This document shows positions 13,401 through 23,004 of a stretch of DNA of 64,000 nucleotides, one piece after another (position 1 is the stretch's first letter; every line of letters starts with the position of its first letter). The stretch is from assembly GCF_009914755.1 (NCBI RefSeq), contig NC_060936.1; one strand, written 5' to 3'. The notes under the pieces were generated by a model that saw nothing but the letters and a program-made list of their open reading frames with translations, ran no database searches and was not told where the DNA came from. This stretch comes from the human T2T-CHM13v2.0 reference genome, Homo sapiens. The position numbers were made by a program, and so were the translations under genes.

Positions 13401-14116
13401 ACAAAAATTGACGAGCCTTTGAGCCTAGCAGTGGCATGTGATTAATGCAGGGAGCGGGTTATAGAGGATGAGCGCTTCTGACACAGGTTCCCATTTGTGC
13501 TCAGTTTGGGACTGATGAATTCAATGTCTTTTTCATCATTTGTCCACTTCAATCCAAGGACTGACTCTGTGGAACTGACTGCCAAGAAATAAATGTCTTT
13601 GCTTCAAATCAATCATTGCAGACAATCTATTTTATTAGTTTGTATATCTCAGGACAGATCTTTACAACACATATGAAGGTGACTTTGTGGTTTTGTGCAT
13701 TAAGTTTTAAATGCTTTTGTAGAGCAAAATATGGAAAACTGAAAGAATAGGTTAGAAAGGACCAAAAAAGATGAAAAGAAGGACATTTGGAAAGAGAAAC
13801 ACAGTGCGGTGGAAGTCTATATGTAAGGCTACAAATATGCAATTCACTTATAATTACTAAATAAAGTAATAATATTACAAATTATAATTTTTAATGAGGA
13901 ATTTCATTAAATCTATTGCAAAAGTTTTAAATACATTGATTTTGTCACCTATTATTAGATTAATAGGTCAAATTGCAAACAGACTTTCTAGTCATTTCAG
14001 AGTAATAATAAATGGATTAAACATGTAAGGTGTGAATTTGTAGTGGGGTTTTTAACATGATAATATTTACTTCTGCAAATCTTTTATTTGGTTTTCCAAA
14101 TTGTAATTTACATTAA

Positions 14117-14445
<329 letters not shown>

Positions 14446-14800
14446 TATCCTATTTTTTTTTATAATGGATACAGTGTATTGTATTAGAAAAAATGTATAT
14501 GCATGAGTTGAATATGTTATTAAAAATGTGTGTGTGTGTATATTTTATGGGGGAGAGTTTCTGTTATACGTAAGCATATAGTCTTTGCAGGTTTCTACAC
14601 CAGATTGGGGAAAAATCAGGCAAAAGTGGTAGACTAAAAAGGCTTCCACAGTATTCTATCCAAAATGATCTGAGGGAGCGTAGAGGAGAAAGATTAATTT
14701 AACCAAAGCATCGTGGCTGTACCCAGGAATTCCCACTCCTGAGGTAGATCCTAAGTGGGATGAGGTCTTTTGAATGGAAAAATAAGGAATAAGACTACTG

Positions 14801-15050
14801 AGTAGTGGTTGAAGCACAGACTTTTGGAATAAAAGACATAAGTTAAAATATTAGCACCACCACTGAGAGGTTGTTCAGACCATGAGCAACTTACTAAACT
14901 TCTCTGTGTCTCCTTTTCCTTATCTGCAAAATACAGATAGTAATGGTACCTACCTCCCTGTGCTGTTATGACGATTAAATGAGATAGTAAATATAAGGGG
15001 CTTAGTATGATGCCTAATACCTAGAAAAATGCTCAATAGCTGGTAGCCGT
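14801..15050 (+). mobile_element. MIR
   Basis: Core ttact.aacttctctgtg.ctc..tttcct.atctg.aaaat..attaaatgagata. Confidence 0.75.
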
Positions 15051-15209
15051 TTTATAAATAAAAGCAGGTCACCCATGGGGAGCACAGAAGTTCACATCAA
15101 ATGATTCAGGGCTAAAGCTTTGACCTGTGGGAGGATGTTGACAACTAACTGGCTTTTACATGAAATCCACCGTAAAACACAAGTGGTGTTGGTCAGCCGA
15201 CAGCTTACG

Positions 15210-15396
15210 CTATTCTGTCTAATAAATTAGCCACTAGCCACATGTCACTAAATTTAAATTAATTGAAATTAAACAAAATTAAAAATGCAGTTCCTCAGTC
15301 ACAGTAGCCACATTTCAATTGCTCAATGGCCACATATAACTAATGAACAGTGCAACAGAAAATCACCTCTGCAGCAAGTTCTGCTGGACAACACTG
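15210..15396 (-). mobile_element. MER3-like hAT-Charlie MITE
   Basis: tagccactagccacatgt..cagttcctcagtcaca.tagccacatttcaa.tgctcaat.gccaca. Confidence 0.75.
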
Positions 15397-17279
15397 GCTT
15401 AAAAGTTTCATATGGGTTAAACATCAAGGCAACATTCATGAATAGCTGGTGAATTTAACTAATGTCCACGTCAAAATTAATTTTCCTTAAAGAATCTGAG
15501 GCTTATCAAAATTTGTTTCCTGATGGTGCAATTTTTCAAGCTGTTAGAGCATTCTTGATCACTGTTTATATCAGTGCATGTGAATGCATTCAGAGAGATT
15601 CTATAAAGGAGGCTGTCCTTGCTTTTCTTGATTGAGTTTTTGAATTCTATCATTAGCCTCAACATCTCTGCAATTATTCATATCTGGTTATTAACATGTT
15701 ATTTCTATACTCCTCCTCCTCCTTGTCTCCTCCCTCACCCCCACATTCTCAGACTTGGAAGCTGGGGAGACTGTGAGATTCTTAAAGTGATCATTATTTT
15801 GCTAGCAGCTGGTTCTTAACAGTCCCTGTTTTGAGACACAGGTGACAAGATCTGTTTCCGTGGCTGCCTTGTTCTACTTCTATTCCTAATGGATCACAAG
15901 TCTTGGGATAAAGTGATGTTATACATTGTAGTGTCTGCAGGGCAGCACTTTATGGTATGCTGGGAAGAATCTAAATGTAACATGTGTTGCCAATGCATTT
16001 ACAGTCATTAGTTAACCAAGCCGCCCATGTGCCTGTCTCAGCTCCCTGACCCACATTTCATCCATGCTCTGCTGTTTTTCTCCTGCAGGGTTATTTCCTG
16101 AGTAAATCCCAGAGCTTATGAGTCCCCCAGCAGAGAGCTCTGTTCTGACCTCCCTAAACAGGCAGTTTCACCTGCTGGGCTAGTGTTTTTCTGCTTCTTA
16201 GTCAATCTGTTAAAATTTTAGCAGGAGATACTTGGATACCTTTTCAGAAAACATATGGAAGATTGTAATTATTTTGGCCCAGTACAATTTTAGAATTGAG
16301 AGAGCAAGGAAGAGGCGCAAATCTCCTGCTCATAAATAACCAAATCTGTGGGCACTTTAAAAAGCATTCTGTGCAGCAAGAGAATTTACGTGCCACATTT
16401 CACCCTTGGCACACTTTCCAAATGAATTGTTCAAAGAGAAGTTATATTAGGACAAATAGAAATGACGACCAGGACCAGATGTGGATCTTTAGTTAATATT
16501 TATGCAACACCCAAAGGGAAGATAGTATTGCACAATAAACTAAAAATGTCTTAGGCAAATAAGGAAATCTTTACCCTGAGGAACTGGCACTGCAAAGGTA
16601 TGAATTATACAACAAAGGACTGAGAATGCAGAACAAATGCAGGGTAGGTCGGGGCTACTATAAAAAGGAATTCATTGAGGAAGTGGTGAGGTAGCAGATG
16701 TGTGGAGCCTACTTCAGGAAAATAAGGGCTTAGCGCTTTTTTGGCCAGTATTGTGTCTAAGGTAGAAAATTCAAGCCAGCCATCCTAATTTCCTTCACCT
16801 GTGGAGAGCAACTGTCGCTTTAAATAGAACATACACATATTCAGAACTGATGCTGCAACCTTACATCAAATAAGTACACCTTGATAAACTAAAAACCTAT
16901 GTCCTCAGATTTTAAATGATCTCCAACAATAATGATGACATCTTTAATCTGATTTTCCTCCTAAAGTTGTTCCAGGAAGGTAGAAAATTCAGGAATTGGC
17001 TGCTTCTCAGCCCTTGGAGAGCAATCTAAAAGAGACCATGGCTTAATGCTCTGGAAGGATATTGAAACCTACATTAAATTATAATAGAAAAATTTGTTAA
17101 AAGCAACTGGATTTCTCAAACACAGCTAGGTTTTCAGCCTTCTGTTTATCAGGGAAGGCAAGATGTGCCATTTTACAGCCCATCTCCCAGTCACCTAGGC
17201 TTCCAATTCAGAGGTATTGGGAGGTGGGGAAAGGAGAAAACGAGGAGATGGAGGAGTGTATAAAATTTATTTAAAACTA

Positions 17280-17604
<325 letters not shown>

Positions 17605-17904
17605 CTATTGGAGCCTTAAAAATGAACACAGCTGTGGAAAAGGCTTACAAGCTTTTAGCATGTGGAACCCAAAGCTCTCTAATATTTTTACATATCTGAG
17701 TCCTCTTAATAACTGAAGAGACCTGTCCATGTGACTCCCCTTCACGGGTATTCCTGCAGACTTGATGTATTCTGAAAAACTGTGAACCTGCTCCCTTCCT
17801 CTCTCCTTGGTTAATACTTCACGATCTTTAACACTAACGACAAACAATAAATCAGCGATGAAAATTTTTGGATTTTCCAGCTGTTACGTAGTTTCTCCTA
17901 AGCA

Positions 17905-18880
17905 CATTTATTTTGTTCATTTATTAACAATCTTTTTAAAGTTTCTTCTCCGTGTCCAGATGTTATAGGCTCTGGGTTTTATGTGGAAAAGAAGACTGAC
18001 AGGATCCCTGACCTCATGGAGCTTCCACTCAGTGGTGCTTCCAGATACTAATACATACTATGAAGAAACTAATACATGGTGGTTGGATAGAGATTGATGG
18101 GGGAGAGCCTACTTTATTTCTGAGGTTATGCCATTTGAGCTAAGACCTGAATGGTGAGAAGGAGCTAGAGAAGGTTTGAGGAGAAGAACCTCATGCAGGA
18201 GGAAGAGAAAGTGGTTAGTTCCTGAGAAGGATGTCTGTGTTGTACACATATGAACACAACATGAAGCGGGAGGGGTAGTCTGGGCTAAATGAAGGCTTGG
18301 CTGGCCATGGTAAGAATTAGTTTTATTAGCTGTAAAACAGGAAGTTGTTGGACATTTAAAAATACAACAGGAAGTTGTGGAACATTTAAAAATTGGGAAT
18401 GTATAGGTTTTCAAAGGAAACTTCTGCCTAAAGTTAAAATTGGGGAAGGGAGGCATTGCAGGGGTAGAAGTACGGGGACCACTTAGAGGGCTACTGCATT
18501 TGTCTATGCAGGAGATGAGGGCAGCTGGGCTGTGGACTCAAGTAGTAAAGATGTGATAGGATGTGTTTTGGAGGTAACTGTCCAGGTTTTTGTTAACAAG
18601 TAAAATGAAACGAGGAAGCTAGAAAGCATAGTAATAATGATATACTAGCTAATACTTCTGTAGCACTTTCCTGGTCCCTTTTAGATATTTTACATAGGTT
18701 AACTACTTTAATACTCATAATAACAGTACTCATAAGATAAGTACTATTATTATCACTGTTTCATAGATTAGAAAACAGAGTCACAAAGAGGTTGAACGAC
18801 TGGCCAAAGATCGCCCAAATAGTAATAGCAGAGTATGCACTCAAACTTAAACATCTGATCCCACAGTATGTGTTCTTCCT
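17905..18880 (-). mobile_element. L2 fragments followed by a MIR (~18630-18880)
   Basis: tccctgacctcatggagctt..catttgagctaagacctgaa (L2); aagtactattattatc..atagat.agaaaacagag.cac.aagaggtt (MIR). Confidence 0.6.
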
Positions 18881-19397
18881 TCAGTGTTCTAGGACACCAT
18901 ATACATATTTTATATATACTATATATATCTCAGCATGTAAGTGCATTGGAGAGACACAGAGCATCAGGATGGACTAACTGATATGATTTTCAAAATTTTC
19001 AAGTGAGCAAAGGTTATGGAGGAAAAGGGTAAAAGATCAGTCCCTACCTGTAAAGACATAATTCCTTTTATTTTTGTTTACATATATTTGTCCAGGGCAC
19101 AAAAAATGTGCTACTGTGGATGGCATAACAGGTATAATATTAATAAATATTCATCATTTTATCTGTGTGTATCCAATACAGATTTCTCAGATTTCCTTGT
19201 GAAATCAGGGAAATATGTAGCTTTGTTCTACAGAAGCCCAGACCACGGTATTTTCTTTCCAGGCCACTGCTAGACACCCAGGGGGCTCAATTTCTTGCCA
19301 CAGTTTCGGAGAGCTTGCTGGTTAGGTGCTGCTCTTGGTTGGAACCAGTCGGCCCGCATGCAAAACAGACCTGTCTTCCACACCTTGTGGTTACTAT

Positions 19398-19411
19398 GCA
19401 GCAGGGGGCGC
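19398..19411 (+). promoter_or_regulatory. Candidate CTCF site
   Basis: GCAGCAGGGGGCGC matches the core CCASYAGRKGGCRS at 13 of 14 positions, in a CpG-containing shoulder upstream of the island. Confidence 0.7.
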
Positions 19412-20777
19412 TGCAGTAGTGTACATCGCGGTGCACCGGAGCTACTCTCCTGGCCAGAAAGCCAACAAGCCGGGAGGAGGCGTGTCAGGCAGCCCTGGGT
19501 CCTCTTTGGTCTTGCAACTTTAGTACCCAGAGCTTGTTCTACACAGACCATTCTACACCATATTTCACCATGTTGGATGCTTTCCATCCAGTCCTGCCTC
19601 CGAGCGGAAAGGAAAGGGCATTAGCTTACTGCCTTACTAGGTTTAAGTATAATGCTGTACCGGCTTGCACTAGAGGTTTCTCTCCTGTGTTCTCAGGGTC
19701 AACCCGACAGTCCCTCTGAAACCACGAAGGGGTCCCCGGGCAGTTGCTGCGGGGTGTGTGTGTGTCTTTCTTTCCCTTTTTGGGGTCCTTTCTTTTTAAC
19801 CTTACTGAAGGAGGAAACGTTTCTCTCCCTACACGTCTTTCCACTGACATTGTGGCCAACCGTAGGCTAAGAGCTGAAATCTCTCCTTCCTAAGTTGCCT
19901 CCAAGCTCTCCAATACTACCTCCTCCCCCCCATTTAGTCTCACACACAGTGTGCGTGAGAGATCGCCAGTGAGTTTGTGACAACCGAAGCTGCAGCAGTC
20001 GCCAAACCTGTTCTTCCTCTCCCGGTCTCAGAAGTCTCTCCAGCTGACCGGACTTACGCCTGGCAGCTCTTGGCACACACAGCGCTGTGGCTGAGATTCA
20101 GCCGTGCCAGGCGCTGCCAGGCAGCAGCGGGGCGACCGACCACCTCCTCCTCGACCTCCTTTCTCCCAGCTTCCCCTCCCAGGGTGCACTGTATCTACTC
20201 CTTTGGGCTGTCTTCCAGCCGTCGCCCTTGGGTCCCGGGGGCTTTCCAGAGTGAAATCGAAGGTGAAAGAAACAAGAGGACGGGAGGCTGGTAGGAGGAG
20301 CCTCCAGGCCGGGGAGGGTGGGAGGAGCCTCCAGCCCGAGGGGCAGGGTAGGAGGAGCCTTCCGGGAGGATCTGGGTGGAGAAAGGGGCTGGGCCAAGCC
20401 GGGATGGAGGGTTGGTCACGCAGGCGCGGGGGGCCGCGTCGAGAACCCCACGCGGGAGCTTCTGGAGTCTCCAGCCACCGCTTCTCACTTCACTGGAGAA
20501 GGGAGCTGGGGCTGGGGCTGGGGCTGGGAGGGAGCTAATAAACATTGAATGTGCAGCAGCTGCCTTGGCGGCCGGAGTCCGCCCGAGCGACACCGGAGCA
20601 GTGCGCCCGGGAGGCGGCGAGGGGAGGCGGTTCGCCTTGTCCCTCCCACCCGCGCCTCTTTCTCTCTCTTCCTCCAGCTGGTCCCAGAGCCCGGCTTGGT
20701 CCGGTCCCTCTGCCCCCATCCCGCACCCTTCCACCTCCTCCGAGTCCCACTCCTCACCTAGGACGCCCCAAACTGCC

Positions 20778-20786
20778 ATGGGTTAG
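20778..20786 (+). other. Candidate uORF1 (Met-Gly-stop)
   Basis: gccATGGgtTAG; strong Kozak context. Relevant only if the TSS lies upstream of 20778. Confidence 0.5.
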
Positions 20787-20879
20787 GGTGGGGATCGCGA
20801 CCCGCGCGAAAGACCAGCCCTGCTCTTCCGCCGGGGGACGCGGAGCCCAAACGCCGCTCACCGCTTGCGGGCGCCGGGC

Positions 20880-20897
20880 ATGGGGAGTGTGGTGTGA
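20880..20897 (+). other. Candidate uORF2 (MGSVV-stop)
   Basis: ggcATGGggagtgtggtgTGA; G at -3 and +4. Confidence 0.55.
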
Positions 20898-21045
20898 GCC
20901 CGCACCCGGGGAGGACGCAGGAGCTGCGGAGACGGGCGCGAGGAGGAGGAGAGGAGTCGTGGATTGGAAGGACCCGAGGGAGGGAGGGTGGGGAAGCGAG
21001 GGAAAAGTGAAGCTGGGAGGAGAAGGCGGCGGAAGGTGGAGATTG

Positions 21046-21192
21046 ATGCTTCTGTTTTTTGTTGCCGCTGCTGCCCTCGCGCTGGGAGCCGAGCCGGAGG
21101 GAAGGCGGTGGAGAGATGATTGCAGAGTTGGTGAGCAGCGCTCTGGGGCTCGCCTTGTATCTCAACACCCTGAGTGCGGATTTCTGCTATGA
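21046..21192 (+). other. Out-of-frame overlapping uORF, 48 aa
   Basis: ATG 70 nt upstream of the main ATG, different frame, TGA at 21190-21192. Reads MLLFFVAAAALALGAEPEGRRWRDDCRVGEQRSGARLVSQHPECGFLL. Weak Kozak (ttgATGc). Confidence 0.5.
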
Positions 21193-21198
21193 TGACAG
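21116..21198 (+). CDS. TMTC2: First coding exon of protein O-mannosyltransferase TMTC2 (27 codons + 2 nt, phase-2 intron follows)
   Basis: ATG at 21116 (gagATGa) translates to MIAELVSSALGLALYLNTLSADFCYDD-AG|gtaagg. This matches the N-terminus I recall for TMTC2: TM1 followed by the F-x-Y-D-D motif of the TMTC family. Canonical donor GTAAGG at 21199; lies in a CpG island. Confidence 0.95.
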
Positions 21199-22724
21199 GT
21201 AAGGGGCCGAGAGGAGGGGGCGACGGGCTGCAGGGGGCACACTCCGCAGTGGCTCTGAAGCTTCCCTCTTTAAGGCTCAAAGTGCGTCTTGGAGGAACTG
21301 GTTCAGCACCTGATGGTTTAGGCGACACGTAAACATTAACACCTAAATCAAACACCGGGGACGTGAGGCGCGCTGGGCGGGCCGAGGGAGTTTCCGCTCC
21401 TAGTTTGCAGCAGGTTCTCTCCCTTGCTTCTCGGCTGTTGGCAGACGCTTGAGTTTCTTAGCGGAAATCCCGGCAATTTGGGAAACTGTTTAATGAACGT
21501 ATTAAATTAAAGTCTTAGGTATTCCTTGATGCAACAAAGCACATTAAGTGATTTTACGTCTGGTTGGGAGGAAGCCTCTCCTCGATCCCTGATAGATCCT
21601 CCCTGTCCCGTTTCCTTTTATTGATGGGACACTTTTATTTCCCGAAGTTAAAACACACGTTTGATAGTTGCCAAAATTGTGAAAAGGGAGATCGTTCTCT
21701 GCTTTAACTTTCCCTTTTAACGTGTATAGACTTTTACTTTGAGCCAAAATAATGCTGCTGATGGTCTCTCCCGCCGCCCTAGCCTCCTTCACCAATCCAT
21801 TGGGCAGCACTTTATAAAAGCCTCGGCTTTCTCATTTCTGTTTGGGAGTTGTACATTAGATGTTAGTGGTTCTTTTGTACTAATTGGAGAAGAAGACGCC
21901 CCTAGAGACTGAAGTTGTCTTCTGCACTTAGGTTAGTTTGGGTGGCTAATGAGACCTGAACTGTGTTGTCAAAGAAACTGCATCGATTTCTGGAAAATGT
22001 CACCGTTGTGTTGGTGTCTCTTCCTATCTTTTAAACGTTATTAGTGTTCAGAAAGTGATGAAAAGCCCCTATATCCATTAGGGAAAATTCCAATTTGTGT
22101 CCTTCCGGTGTCTTAATCTGATTACAATTAAAACAGATGCATAATTAAAATATATTAGGGATAACAGCACGCCTGGCTAAACTTATTAACCGTCCTGGGG
22201 TGTTTCATGCTCCATTGAAATTAAACCATCCAAAAAGTGAGCACAGATTTACTTTGACAGCTTTTCAGCAGCCTCTCTGAGCTATGAAAAGTGAATGGAT
22301 CCCCAGGGTTAGGGCGAGGCAGTGAGAGCACTTACGCAAAGTGGTTGACAGTGAGGGGAGGTGAAGGCAGAATCTTCTTCTCGTCGTAATTAGCCACATT
22401 CTGTATTCTCTGGTGTGCCCATTCTCCTGCTAAAAGCATCTTCACATCTCTGTTAAAAAATCACCTGATAATAGGTGCCAGAACATCCAGCAAACCCGTC
22501 TTAATGCATTTTATGTAGTGCCTACCAGAGGCTAGTTGATAGGGAACCACTGTTAGACATACATTTTTTCTTAACTTTTACGCAGCATACTGATTTTAGC
22601 AACTACACAGCATGCTCTGAGAAATGGTCTGTAGGAGTGAGGTAAATTTCTGTTCTCTCCAATTTTGTGTAATGGTGCACCTGCTATTTCTAGCATATTC
22701 GTGGAAAAAGCCCTTGTTTCCAAA

Positions 22725-23004
22725 GATGGGTGACTTTTCACTAAAACCAGCTTGGGTCAGTGTGGGCAGTTACTGGCTCTGTTGGGGGCGGTTTGAATAG
22801 TAAGCATTTAAACCAAGAATATAGAGTTTATTTAAAAAAAGAAACTTACTATAATAATGCAACTTGATGGGTGACTTTTCACTAAAACCACCTTGGGTCA
22901 GTGTGGGCAGTTACTGGCTCTTGGGGGCAGTTTGAATAGTAAGCATTTAAACCAAGAATATAGAGTTTATTTAAAAAAAGAAACTTATTATAATAATGCA
23001 ACTT
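22725..23004. repeat. 141/139-bp tandem duplication
   Basis: Copies start at 22725 and 22866; 3 substitutions and one 2-nt indel. Confidence 0.95.

Larger units (their letters stand above)
19950..21450 (+). promoter_or_regulatory. TMTC2: CpG island: TMTC2 promoter, 5'UTR and exon 1
   Basis: Abrupt switch to very high GC and CpG density in otherwise AT-rich, CpG-depleted DNA, with GC-box-like motifs. A CpG-enriched shoulder starts near 19300. The exact TSS cannot be read from sequence. Confidence 0.9.

Noticed and set aside
20780-20793. Telomere-like GGGTTAGGG (also near 22306)
   Set aside because: Single units, expected by chance.
21059-21115. In-frame TTG/CTG codons that could extend the TMTC2 N-terminus
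   Set aside because: Weak contexts and an in-frame TGA at 21044; nothing in the sequence supports their use.
20545-21192. 215-aa ORF and the other long overlapping ORFs at 19.2-21.4 kb
   Set aside because: Stop-codon scarcity in GC-rich DNA, mostly non-ATG starts, low-complexity G/R/P/A products on both strands. Only the ATG-initiated 48-aa end is kept as a candidate.
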